Below are positions 36,591 through 46,269 of a DNA stretch of 64,000 nucleotides, piece after piece. This stretch comes from an uncultured Gammaproteobacteria bacterium. GTDB lineage: Bacteria; Patescibacteriota; Patescibacteriia; Patescibacteriales; BS150m-G62. Each line of letters starts with the position of its first letter. The stretch's first letter is position 1. The translations under genes and the position numbers were made by a program. The DNA lies in NCBI GenBank assembly GCA_964569045.1, contig CAZMSR010000005.1, forward strand, positions 152 through 64,151, written 5' to 3'. The notes below the pieces were generated by a model. It saw only the letters and a list, made by a program, of their open reading frames with translations, was not told the origin of the DNA and did no database searches.

Positions 36591-39500
36591 TTATTTTTTA
36601 TATCCAGTCCCTACTGGAATTAATCTCCCGACTATAACATTTTCTTTTAAACCTCTTAAGTGATCAATTTTACCATTTATAGCAGCTTCAATTAAGACTC
36701 GGTTAGTTTCTTGAAACGATGCAGCTGACAAAAAGCTTTCGGTAGTTAATGAGGCCTTTGAAATTCCTAATAATAATAAGTCACCCTTAGCTTCTTTTTT
36801 ATTCTTCTTTTTAGCTTCCTCATTGGCAAGCTTGAATGTACCGCTTTCTACTATTTCTCCTGGTAATAAGTCTGTTCCACCAACGTCTCTAACAAGATAT
36901 CTGGAAAACATTTGTCTTACAATGACTTCAATGTGTTTGTCGTTTAATGGTTGGCCTTGTGAAGAGTATACGTATTGGATTTCTTTAATGATATATTTTT
37001 GTGTAGCAAGTCTTCCTTTGAGTAAGTAAAGTTGACTTAGATCCACACTGCCATCTGTGATAATGTCACCTTTTTTCACTAAGTCCCCATTATTAACAAA
37101 TATTTCAATTCCTTTTGGTATTATATATTCACGAGCTTTATTTGTTTCTGTTTTAACGTATATGCTAATAATTTCATCTTTCTCTTTATTTATTTTTACT
37201 TTTCCACCTTGCTTGGCTTTTATGCTTTTGGATCCAATCTTGAATAATTCTGTTTTAGCACTAATTTCATCTTCGTTTTTAACAAGAATTTTAACTTTTT
37301 TTGAATTTATTGTTGAATTTTTGTTATCTGCTAATTTTACTTTAGCAATTGCTTCATTAATTATATATTTATCGACATCTTCTCCTTGGTAATTAATTTT
37401 TAGTATTCGTGATTGAGGGTTGGATGTTATGATTTCCTTGTTCCCGGTTTTTATAGTTCTCTGGGCAGTTTCAATATTAATTATTCCATCAACTTCAGCA
37501 ATAAAAGCTTTTCTTTTGGGTGTTCTTGTTTCAAATATTTCCTCAACTCGTGGCAGACCTTGAGTGATATCTTCTGAACTTGCAACACCGCCAGTATGAA
37601 AAGTTCTCATAGTAAGCTGAGTGCCCGGTTCTCCAATTGATTGAGCTGCTATAACACCAACAGCGGTTCCTTTTTTTGCTTCTTTATTGTGACCTAGATC
37701 TATTCCGTAACATGTTGAACAAACACCTCTTTTCAATTCACAGCTTAGAACAGATCTTATAAGAGCAATATTAATTTCTTCGTCTCTGATTTTGTTTGCT
37801 AATTTATCATTGATAAGTTCTCCTTTTTTAATGAGTATATCTCCTTTTGAATTTTTTAAATTACTGGCTAAATATCGACCAGTAATTCGATCAACAATTG
37901 TTTGACCCATAATATCACTTTCTTCCTTTGTGATTTTCATGCCAGTGCTATCACCACAATCTTTTGCATTAATTACAGTATCTTGAGCAACGTCTACTAA
38001 TCGTCTTGTGAGATATCCAGCATTAGCAGTACGAAGTGCCGTATCAGATAAGCCTTTTCTAACACCATGAGTAGAAATAAAGTATTCTATAACATCAAAC
38101 CCATGTTTAAAATTTCCCTTTACAGGAAGTTCAATAATATCTCCTGATGGTGAAGATACTAAACCTTTCATGCCGATTATTTGAGTTAACTGAGTCCAAC
38201 TTCCTCTAGCTCCAGAATCAATCATGGAAAATAATGGATTACCATAACCTGTTCCGGCTAAACCTTTTTTGCATATATCTGTTACTTTTTCTTTAACACC
38301 TGACCATAATTCAATGATTTTTGCGTATCTTTCTGACTCAGTTAGAAGGCCTTCGTCATATTGGTCTTGAATTTTTTCTACTAGTTTGTTGGCTTTGGTT
38401 ACTAATTCGTATTTTTCTTGATAATGTGGTGTGTCATTGATACCCCATGACAAGCCACTTTTAGTAATAAGTTCAAAACTTTTTGATTTTATTTCATCGA
38501 GTAACGTAACAGTTCTATTATTACCGTAAATTAAGTAGCATTGTTTTACAATAGATTTTAATTTTCCCTTTGCTACAACGTCATTCACAAATCGAAGTTT
38601 TTCAGGTAGTAGGTTGTTGAATATAATTCTCCCTACAGTAGTTTTTATTAGTTCTCCATTAATTCTTACTTTTATTATTTTGTCAAGTTTAATATTGTCC
38701 ATTTCATAAGCTAATTTGGCTTCGTGTTCGTCTGTGAAATGCTTTAATTTTTTTTCGTCAATTTTTTTATTTTGCTCAGCCATTGTAATATAATATACTC
38801 CCCAAACAATATCTTGGGATGGGGTAACAATTGGATCCCCGGTGGCTGGTTTTAGTAAATTATTTGTGGAAAGCATTATATCTTTTGCTTCTTTTTTTGC
38901 TTCTTCAGTTAAAGGTACATGGACTGCCATTTGGTCTCCATCAAAATCAGCATTAAATGCTGTACATACTAATGGATGAATTTGAATAGCTTTTCCTTCA
39001 ATAAGTTTTGGTTGAAAAGCTTGTATGCCTAATCTATGTAAAGTGGGGGCTCTATTTAATAATACATAAGCCTCGCTAATTATATCTTCTAAGATATCCC
39101 ATACTTCATTTTTACCTGCTTCTATGAATCTTGATGCGCTTCTTACATTATGAACTATTTCGTTTTTAATTAATCTTGAAATAATAAACGGTTTGAATAG
39201 CTCAATGGCCATTGTTTTTGGTAAGCCACATTCATTTAAGTTTAAGTTTGGATTCACAACAATTACAGAACGCCCAGAGTAGTCGATTCTTTTTCCTAAT
39301 AAGTTTTGCCTAAATCTGCCTTGCTTACCTTTGAGTGAATCTGCTAGAGATTTTAGATTTCTTTTTTGTCCTGTTGATGCCACAACGGTTTTACTCTGTC
39401 TAGCTGAATTGTCAATTAGTGCATCTACAGCTTCTTGCAACATTCTTTTTTCATTTCTAGTAATTACTTCCGGAGCGTTTAATCCTAATAATTGTTTTAA

Positions 39501-40532
39501 ACGATTATTTCTATTAATAACCCTTCTGTATAAGTCATTTAAATCAGAAGCTGCAAACCTTCCTCCGTCAAGGGCTACCATTGGTCGCAAATCTGGCGGT
39601 ATTACTGGGATTGCATTAAGAACCATTGATTCTGGCTTGATGTTGTTTGTTTTAAGGCTTTTGAAATGTTTTAATCTTCTGATAAGTTTTTCTTTTTTTG
39701 ATTCCACGCAACTTAAAAGTTCTTCATTGAGTTTTTTGATTGTTGCATCTAGGTCAATTTTTTCAAGTAATATTTTTATTGCTTCTGCGCCAATACTGGC
39801 TTCAAATATATGCCCAAATTTTTGTGATAATTCTTGATAAGTATTTTCAGAAATTACAGTCATGGGTTTTATGCTGGACAGTTCTTTTTGAATTGTATCA
39901 AATGAAGTTGATAATTCATCTAGTTTTTCTTCTTTGGCCTTTTCGAGTTTGTTTATTTGTTCTGATGTCCTTTCTTTATTATTTTTTTTGTCTGAATTAT
40001 TGTTAATGGTTTTTATTTCAGTTTTAAAATCTTTTTCAATGGCTTTTGTTTTGCTTTTAAATTCTTCCTTTATTTGTTCGATTGTTTCATCTCTAAGTTC
40101 TTCATTGACGCTCGTGATTACAAAATTAGCAAAATAAACAACTTTTTCTAGTGCTGAAACTGATAAATCTAGTGTTAAGGAGATTTTTGATGAAGTTCCT
40201 CTTAAAAACCATATGTGAGTAGCCGGAGTTTGTAATTTAATGTGTCCCATTCTTTCTCTTCTTACCATACTTCTGGTAACCTCAACTCCACATTTGTCGC
40301 AAATAATTCCTTTGTATCTGTTTTTTCTGTATTTACCACAATAGCATTCCCAGTCTTTTGATGGACCAAAAGTTCGTTCACAAAATAACCCATCTTTTTC
40401 TGGTTTTTGTGTTCTATAGTTTATTGTTTCGGGTCTAGTTACTTCGCCATATGACCAGCTCATAATATCCTCAGGAGAGGCTACTTTTAATTTTATTGCG
40501 TTAAAATCAGTAGTTTTTGTTGAATCAAGCAT
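36591..40532 (-). CDS. rpoC: DNA-directed RNA polymerase subunit beta'
   Basis: 1313 aa. Zn-binding CYCGKY...CDKCGVEV, the catalytic NADFDGDQMAVH motif, and conserved bridge-helix and trigger-loop regions. Confidence 0.97.
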   Translation of the reverse strand: MLDSTKTTDFNAIKLKVASPEDIMSWSYGEVTRPETINYRTQKPEKDGLFCERTFGPSKDWECYCGKYRKNRYKGIICDKCGVEVTRSMVRRERMGHIKLQTPATHIWFLRGTSSKISLTLDLSVSALEKVVYFANFVITSVNEELRDETIEQIKEEFKSKTKAIEKDFKTEIKTINNNSDKKNNKERTSEQINKLEKAKEEKLDELSTSFDTIQKELSSIKPMTVISENTYQELSQKFGHIFEASIGAEAIKILLEKIDLDATIKKLNEELLSCVESKKEKLIRRLKHFKSLKTNNIKPESMVLNAIPVIPPDLRPMVALDGGRFAASDLNDLYRRVINRNNRLKQLLGLNAPEVITRNEKRMLQEAVDALIDNSARQSKTVVASTGQKRNLKSLADSLKGKQGRFRQNLLGKRIDYSGRSVIVVNPNLNLNECGLPKTMAIELFKPFIISRLIKNEIVHNVRSASRFIEAGKNEVWDILEDIISEAYVLLNRAPTLHRLGIQAFQPKLIEGKAIQIHPLVCTAFNADFDGDQMAVHVPLTEEAKKEAKDIMLSTNNLLKPATGDPIVTPSQDIVWGVYYITMAEQNKKIDEKKLKHFTDEHEAKLAYEMDNIKLDKIIKVRINGELIKTTVGRIIFNNLLPEKLRFVNDVVAKGKLKSIVKQCYLIYGNNRTVTLLDEIKSKSFELITKSGLSWGINDTPHYQEKYELVTKANKLVEKIQDQYDEGLLTESERYAKIIELWSGVKEKVTDICKKGLAGTGYGNPLFSMIDSGARGSWTQLTQIIGMKGLVSSPSGDIIELPVKGNFKHGFDVIEYFISTHGVRKGLSDTALRTANAGYLTRRLVDVAQDTVINAKDCGDSTGMKITKEESDIMGQTIVDRITGRYLASNLKNSKGDILIKKGELINDKLANKIRDEEINIALIRSVLSCELKRGVCSTCYGIDLGHNKEAKKGTAVGVIAAQSIGEPGTQLTMRTFHTGGVASSEDITQGLPRVEEIFETRTPKRKAFIAEVDGIINIETAQRTIKTGNKEIITSNPQSRILKINYQGEDVDKYIINEAIAKVKLADNKNSTINSKKVKILVKNEDEISAKTELFKIGSKSIKAKQGGKVKINKEKDEIISIYVKTETNKAREYIIPKGIEIFVNNGDLVKKGDIITDGSVDLSQLYLLKGRLATQKYIIKEIQYVYSSQGQPLNDKHIEVIVRQMFSRYLVRDVGGTDLLPGEIVESGTFKLANEEAKKKNKKEAKGDLLLLGISKASLTTESFLSAASFQETNRVLIEAAINGKIDHLRGLKENVIVGRLIPVGTGYKK

Positions 40533-40558
40533 AAATTAAATAAAATAAATTAATTAGT

Positions 40559-43500
40559 TTAGTCTTTTTTTGGCTTATTGTCATCATTTTTTTCGTTACT
40601 TGTTTTACCTCCCATTAGCTCAATATCAAAACATAAGCCTTTAAGTTCCCTAGTTAGTACGTTAAATGATTCTGGAATATTTAGTTTTCCAATTGTTTCT
40701 CCTTTAATTATTGATTCATAAGCCTTGCTTCTTCCTGTTACGTCGTCTGATTTGATTGTTAGGATTTCTTGTAAGGAATGCGCTGCTCCATATGCTTGTA
40801 AAGCCCATACTTCCATTTCTCCAAATCTTTGTCCGCCAAATTGAGCCTTTCCGCCGAGTGGTTGTTGAGTAATTAAAGAATATGGTCCAATTGAACGTTG
40901 GTGAATTTTGTCCTCTACCATGTGGTTAAGTTTTAGAATATATTTGTAGCCTACGGTTATTTTGTTGTCATATGGAATGCCAGTTTTTCCGTCATAAAGT
41001 TGAAGTTTTCCGTCTTCAGGAAACCCTGCTTTTTTTAATTGCTCTTTTATTGTTTCTTCTGATATTCCATTAAGTGGAGGTGTTGCCACTTTATATCCTA
41101 GTGTTTTTGCAGCTAAGCCAAGATGAGTTTCAAGTAATTGACCTAGGTTCATACGAGAAATAATTCCAAGTGGTGGTAAAATAACATCAACTGTTGTGCC
41201 ATCTTTAGCATATGGCATGTCAGCAATTGGGACAATTTTTGAAATAACTCCTTTATTTCCATGACGACCTGCTAATTTGTCACCGACTTGAATTTTTCTT
41301 AAACTCGCAATAGATATTTGAATGGATTTAATTATTCCGGCTGATAGTTTGTCTCCTTCTTCACGTGAAAATATTTTAATATCTACAATTTTGCCATGTT
41401 CACCATGCTCTAAATAAAGTGAAGAATCTCGAACGTCTTTTGCTTTTTCTCCAAAAATGGCTTTTAACAATTTTTCTTCGGCAGATAGTTCTGTTTCACC
41501 TTTTGGTGTAATTTTACCAACTAGTATGTCGCCTGACTTAACATCAGCTCCAATTCTGATTATTCCTTCTTCATCCAGATCTTTTAATTTTTCTTCGCTA
41601 ATGTTTGGAATATCATTTGTGATTAATTCAGGACCTAGTTTAGTATCTCTTACGTCTATTGTGTAATTTTCAATATGTATTGAAGTGAATGTGTCTTTAT
41701 GAACAAGTTTTTCAGAAATTACAATAGCATCTTCGTAGTTGTATCCTTCCCAACTCATAAATGCGATTAATACATTTTTGCCAAGTCCTAGTTCACCTTT
41801 TTCAACTGCATAGGTGTCATTTAATACTTGTCCTTTTTTTATTTTTTGACCTTTGTTAACTATTGGTTGTTGATTAATGCAAGTTGAAGCATTAGATCGC
41901 AAGAATTTAGTTAAATTGTAAATTTTAAGTTCGCCTTTATTATTTTTTATTTCAATTGAAGAGCCATCAACACTTGCTACTTCTCCATCCTCTTCCGCCA
42001 GAAGTACGTGTCCGGAATCTTGAGCTGCTCTTGCCTCTATCCCTGTTCCAACAATTGGTGATTCCGGAATAATTAATGGAATTGCTTGGCGTTGCATATT
42101 TGTTCCCATTAATGCACGTTGTCCATCATCATGTTCCATGAATGGTATAAGAGCAGTAGCAATTGAGATTATTTGATGAGCTGCAACTCCAATATAATCA
42201 ATTTCAGTTACTTCAATATTAGTTGGTTTTCCAAATTTTCTACCATCACAATTTTCTACAAGAAAATATCCGTTTTCATCTTTTGGTACTGTGAAAGCAG
42301 CTGTTATGTATTTTTCTTCTTCAAAAGCATCTAAGTATGCGACTTCGTCACTAATAACAGGTTTTACTAGTATTTTTTTATTTTTGTTTAAGGATTTTTT
42401 AAGTTCTTTAGCTTTTTCTTTTGTTATTTTATTACCACTTTTTACAATTATTTTACCTGTTTTGTCTTTAATGTCTTCTCGTGCAATTTTTCCTGTAGTA
42501 ATTTGTGGGTCGTTTTCTATATTTGAGTGAACTTTTAAGTATGGTACTTCTAAAAATCCATAACTATTTAATCGTGAGTAACTAGCAACATGACCTACTA
42601 AACCAATATTTGGTCCTTCTGGCGTGGCAATGGGGCAAATTCTGCCGTAGTGAGTAGTGTGCACATCACGTACATCAAAGCCCGCTCTTTCTCGTGAAAG
42701 ACCACCAGGACCCATAGCTGATAGTCTTCTTTTGTGTTCAAGCTCTGAAAGTGGGTTGGTTTGGTCCATGAATTGAGATAACTGAGAAGACATGAAAAAT
42801 TCTTTTACTACTCCAATGATTGGTCTAGCATTTATGAGCTTATTTGGTGTTAATGAAGAGATTTCACCTGTACTCATTTTATCTTTAACAATACGTTCTA
42901 ATCTTGAAAGACCAATTCGAAATTTATTTTGGATTAATTCACCAATCGCTCTAACACGTCTGTTTCCAAGGTGGTCAATATCATCTTCTTGTTCTTGTGT
43001 GATATTTAATCTGATTATTTCATGAATTACAGCAACTAAATCTTCGGGTCTTAGTACCCTTGTGTCTTTGTTATTTGGAATATTAAAGTTAAATTTTTTA
43101 TTGATTTTGTATCTCCCGACTCTATCAAAATCATATCTATCAAAACGATAAAACATGGAGTGAATTAATTGTTTAGCATTTTCAGTTGTTGCTAAATCAC
43201 CGGGTCTTATTCTTTTATACACTTCTTTAATTCCTTCGTCTTCATTTGTTGCTGCATCTTTAGCTATGGTTGCATCAATGTATGTTTTGTCATCACTTTC
43301 TTTTTTGACGTCGACGTCTTTAAATAGTTTAATAATTTCTTCGTCACTGCTAAAGCCAAATACTCTTAAAAGTGAAGTGGCAGCTACTTTTCTCTTGCGG
43401 TCAATTCTTACCCAAATTACTTTATTTGAATCTGTCTCAAATTCTAGCCAAGCACCTCTATTTGGAATTATTTTTGCTCCGTATGATTTATGTCCTCTTG

Positions 43501-43933
43501 ATAGTTCAGAAGTAAATATTACACCAGAGCTTCTAATAAGCTGAGATACAACAACTCTTTCAATTCCATTAACAATAAAGGTTCCATTTTTGGTCATTAA
43601 TGGGAAGTCGCCTAAAAAGACTTCTTGTTTGGTTGTTTGGCCTGTTCGTTTGTTTACTAGTTTAGTATTTACTCGTAGTGGGGCTTCATAAGTAGCATTT
43701 TTTGCTCTTGACTCAACTTCGTTAAATTTTGGTTCATCAAAATAATAATCATCAAAATAAAGCTCTAAGTCTCTGCTTGTAAAATCTGTTATTGGTGATA
43801 TTTCGTCAAATAAATTGGATAACCCTTCTTTTATAAACCAATCATACGAGTCTTTTTGTATTTCAAAAAGATCTGGTAATGGTATTGATTTATTTAGACC
43901 TGTGAAATATTTTCGCTGTGTGTTATTAGGCAT
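40559..43933 (-). CDS. rpoB: DNA-directed RNA polymerase subunit beta
   Basis: 1124 aa. Conserved blocks GRHGNKGV, PEDMPY-like (ADMPYAKDG) and GGQRFGEMEVWAL. Confidence 0.97.
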   Translation of the reverse strand: MPNNTQRKYFTGLNKSIPLPDLFEIQKDSYDWFIKEGLSNLFDEISPITDFTSRDLELYFDDYYFDEPKFNEVESRAKNATYEAPLRVNTKLVNKRTGQTTKQEVFLGDFPLMTKNGTFIVNGIERVVVSQLIRSSGVIFTSELSRGHKSYGAKIIPNRGAWLEFETDSNKVIWVRIDRKRKVAATSLLRVFGFSSDEEIIKLFKDVDVKKESDDKTYIDATIAKDAATNEDEGIKEVYKRIRPGDLATTENAKQLIHSMFYRFDRYDFDRVGRYKINKKFNFNIPNNKDTRVLRPEDLVAVIHEIIRLNITQEQEDDIDHLGNRRVRAIGELIQNKFRIGLSRLERIVKDKMSTGEISSLTPNKLINARPIIGVVKEFFMSSQLSQFMDQTNPLSELEHKRRLSAMGPGGLSRERAGFDVRDVHTTHYGRICPIATPEGPNIGLVGHVASYSRLNSYGFLEVPYLKVHSNIENDPQITTGKIAREDIKDKTGKIIVKSGNKITKEKAKELKKSLNKNKKILVKPVISDEVAYLDAFEEEKYITAAFTVPKDENGYFLVENCDGRKFGKPTNIEVTEIDYIGVAAHQIISIATALIPFMEHDDGQRALMGTNMQRQAIPLIIPESPIVGTGIEARAAQDSGHVLLAEEDGEVASVDGSSIEIKNNKGELKIYNLTKFLRSNASTCINQQPIVNKGQKIKKGQVLNDTYAVEKGELGLGKNVLIAFMSWEGYNYEDAIVISEKLVHKDTFTSIHIENYTIDVRDTKLGPELITNDIPNISEEKLKDLDEEGIIRIGADVKSGDILVGKITPKGETELSAEEKLLKAIFGEKAKDVRDSSLYLEHGEHGKIVDIKIFSREEGDKLSAGIIKSIQISIASLRKIQVGDKLAGRHGNKGVISKIVPIADMPYAKDGTTVDVILPPLGIISRMNLGQLLETHLGLAAKTLGYKVATPPLNGISEETIKEQLKKAGFPEDGKLQLYDGKTGIPYDNKITVGYKYILKLNHMVEDKIHQRSIGPYSLITQQPLGGKAQFGGQRFGEMEVWALQAYGAAHSLQEILTIKSDDVTGRSKAYESIIKGETIGKLNIPESFNVLTRELKGLCFDIELMGGKTSNEKNDDNKPKKD

Positions 43934-43950
43934 ATTTAAAAAAACTAATA

Positions 43951-44004
43951 TTTATTTTATAGATATTTTGTTAAAAATACTTAACAAAATATCTATAAAA
44001 TAAA
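43951..44004 (-). promoter_or_regulatory. 24-bp perfect palindrome (hairpin plus U7) 17 nt upstream of the rpoB start; putative attenuator or operator
   Basis: 43951-43974 is the exact reverse complement of 43981-44004, with a 6-nt loop. On the minus strand the hairpin is followed by tattag-ttttttt-aaat-ATG. Confidence 0.5.
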
Positions 44005-44350
44005 AATGCAACAAAAAACATCAACCCTTCTTAGGCTTGATTAAAATTATTTAATTTAAAATATGGAACGTGTGAAGTAGAGTCACCACAATAGTTTGCG
44101 TGGGCTAACTTAGCCTTTTTTAAGGATTATTGCATGGGAATCCTTTTTTAAAGTTATTTAATCTTATCAAATTTTTTTAAGAGTGTCAAGAGGTCGATGT
44201 GATTTGTGTAGACTTGGTGTTTATTACTTTTTTCTATCTTTTTGCTATTTTATACACAATTAGGAAAATTTGAATTTTGTTTAATATATATAACAATTAT
44301 TTTTGTTTTTGTAATATGATTTAATGGTTGAATTTTGTTATTTTTGAGTG

Positions 44351-44422
44351 TACCGCCACGGGGAATCGAACCCCGGTTACCAGGATGAAAACCTGGTGTC
44401 CTAACCACTAGACGATGGCGGC
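44351..44422 (-). tRNA. tRNA-Glu: tRNA-Glu (anticodon UUC)
   Basis: The reverse complement GCCGCCATCGTCTAGTGGTTAGGACACCAGGTTTTCATCCTGGTAACCGGGGTTCGATTCCCCGTGGCGGTA folds as a 72-nt cloverleaf. Anticodon loop is TT-TTC-AT, the T-loop is TTCGATT, and CCA is not encoded. Confidence 0.93.
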
Positions 44423-44536
44423 TAATTTTATTTATTTTTATTTTCAAATTTATTATATCAATGTTTGTGGTTTAGTCAATGGCTTGGATTGATGTATTTA
44501 TGAGTGGTATATTGCTATTTATGCTAAATTTAACGT

Positions 44537-45196
44537 ATGAGATTATTTATTGTAATTTTTGTAGCATTATTACTTCAAGCTTGCTCTCAGGATTATGATC
44601 AGGCTAGAGTTATTAATAAAAAAATAAGTAATTTTAGTAAAAAAGAAGTTATAAGAGAGAAGGATTTAGTTGTTTCTTCTAGTTCTTGGGCAGAAGTTAA
44701 GACTTTTCCTGGGCTAGTAATGAACACTTCTCAAAAATTGGATGCTAAAAAAGTAGTTTATGCTAAAGACATGCCAGGCACAGATTTTTATGATGTTGTG
44801 CGAGTGGTTGATGGAGACACTATAAATGTTGATATTGATGGTGTAATTAAAAAGGTACGATTAATTGGTATAAACACTCCTGAGATTGTTGATCCTAGAA
44901 AGCCGATTGAGTGTTTTGGTAAGGAGGCAAGTTTAAAAGCGCATGAATGGTTAGAAGGAAGAAAAGTGAGTTTAGAGTTAGATAATACGCAGAACGATAG
45001 AGATAAATATGGTCGACTTTTAAGATATGTTAAAAGAGATGATGGTTTTTTCTATAATTACGAAATAATAAAACAAGGATTTGCTTTTGAATATACGTAT
45101 AAGTATCCGTATAAATATCAAGAAAATTTTAAAAAGGCTGAAGAATATGCTAAAAATAATGCTTTGGGTCTTTGGGCAAATGATGCGTGTAGGTAG
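44537..45196 (+). CDS. Thermonuclease (staphylococcal nuclease-like), probable lipoprotein
   Basis: 219 aa. Lipobox LLLQAC, and SNase core VVRVVDGDTINV...VRLIGINTPE...GKEAS...DKYGRLLRYV. Confidence 0.85.
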   Translation: MRLFIVIFVALLLQACSQDYDQARVINKKISNFSKKEVIREKDLVVSSSSWAEVKTFPGLVMNTSQKLDAKKVVYAKDMPGTDFYDVVRVVDGDTINVDIDGVIKKVRLIGINTPEIVDPRKPIECFGKEASLKAHEWLEGRKVSLELDNTQNDRDKYGRLLRYVKRDDGFFYNYEIIKQGFAFEYTYKYPYKYQENFKKAEEYAKNNALGLWANDACR

Positions 45197-45387
45197 TGGA
45201 TTGTTTATAATAAATTGGGACTTAATTTTTAATTGTGAGTTTGTTATTTATTTGTCATCTTGTTTGTATCATTATTTAATTGTGTTAAATAATGTTTTTG
45301 TCTACTTTTGGTATTTTTTAAGAAGATTGTTTGTATTGTTTAAAATAATGTGTTATATATAGTATAGAATAATTAATTTTAGAATAT

Positions 45388-46149
45388 ATGTTAAAAAATA
45401 ATTTAATAGAATTAGGTTTATCTGAAAAAGAGGCAAGTGTTTATTTGGCTTCTCTTGAACTTGGCGCTTCATCGGTTCAAAAGATTTCTCAACAAGCTAA
45501 AATTAATAGAGCAACTACTTATGTTATTATTGAATCTTTGTCTAAAAAAGGTTTAATGAGCACAATGGAAAAGGCAGGTAAGATATTTTTTTTAGTGGAA
45601 GATCCTGTTAATTTAGGGCGATTATTGCAGAAACAAAAAAATGAAATAGAAGAAAAAGAAAAAGTTTTGAGTAATGTTAAACAAGAATTGAATATGTTAT
45701 TTAAAACAACAGGAGATAGACCTGTTGTTCGTTTTTTTGAGGGATTAGAAGGTGCTAAAACAGTTCAAAATGAATTTTTTAAGATAAAATCAAAAAAAGT
45801 GGTTGGGACTGTAATTTTAGATGAAGTTTACAATGCTTCACCAAAGCATGATGAAGAAATTACAAAAAAAAGAATAAAAAAAGGAATTAATTCAAGAGTA
45901 ATTTATACTCATTCAAAAGGTGAAATTAAAGACGCAACAAGTAAAAATAAATTACGAGAAGCAAGATTTGTGCCATATAATTTATTTGGTGATACTGCTA
46001 CAAATGTAACAATTTATGATGATATTGTTGCTATTACTACTTACAAGGATCATCCAGGAGGGGTATTAATAGAGGATAAAAACATTGCCGAATTTATGCG
46101 TAAATTTTTTGATCTTGCTTGGGATGGTTCAAAAAAGTTTAAAAAATAA
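45388..46149 (+). CDS. TrmB-family transcriptional regulator
   Basis: 253 aa. N-terminal wHTH reads LIELGLSEKEASVYLASLELGASSVQKISQQAKINRATTYVIIESLSKKGL. Confidence 0.8.
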   Translation: MLKNNLIELGLSEKEASVYLASLELGASSVQKISQQAKINRATTYVIIESLSKKGLMSTMEKAGKIFFLVEDPVNLGRLLQKQKNEIEEKEKVLSNVKQELNMLFKTTGDRPVVRFFEGLEGAKTVQNEFFKIKSKKVVGTVILDEVYNASPKHDEEITKKRIKKGINSRVIYTHSKGEIKDATSKNKLREARFVPYNLFGDTATNVTIYDDIVAITTYKDHPGGVLIEDKNIAEFMRKFFDLAWDGSKKFKK

Positions 46150-46234
46150 TATTTTGTAATAATTTATTTTAACTCAATGATAAATAATATTTGTTAGATT
46201 ATTGTGCAAAATTATAAGTTTAATGATGTTTTAT

Positions 46235-46263
46235 TTGACAAGATAAATATTTTAGTATATTAT
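46235..46263 (+). promoter_or_regulatory. Sigma70-type promoter TTGACA-17-TATTAT
   Basis: ttgaca at 46235-46240, the 17-nt spacer agataaatattttagta, and tattat at 46258-46263. Confidence 0.5.
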
Positions 46264-46269
46264 TATGAT

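Noticed and set aside
36823-43544. Numerous plus-strand ORFs of 62-168 aa inside rpoC and rpoB (e.g. 39331..39837, 37057..37392, 43266..43544)
   Set aside because: They are antisense to strongly conserved genes and give low-complexity S/F/L/I-rich translations typical of antisense frames in AT-rich coding DNA. They have no RBS.
44250-44447. 65-aa minus-strand ORF from the track
   Set aside because: It is the translation through tRNA-Glu (44351-44422) and AT-rich flanks. The tRNA cloverleaf explains the sequence.
45081-45362. 93-aa plus-strand ORF overlapping the nuclease 3' end
   Set aside because: It is out of frame with and overlaps a well-supported gene, then runs through AT-rich intergenic DNA. 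It has no RBS and an implausible composition.
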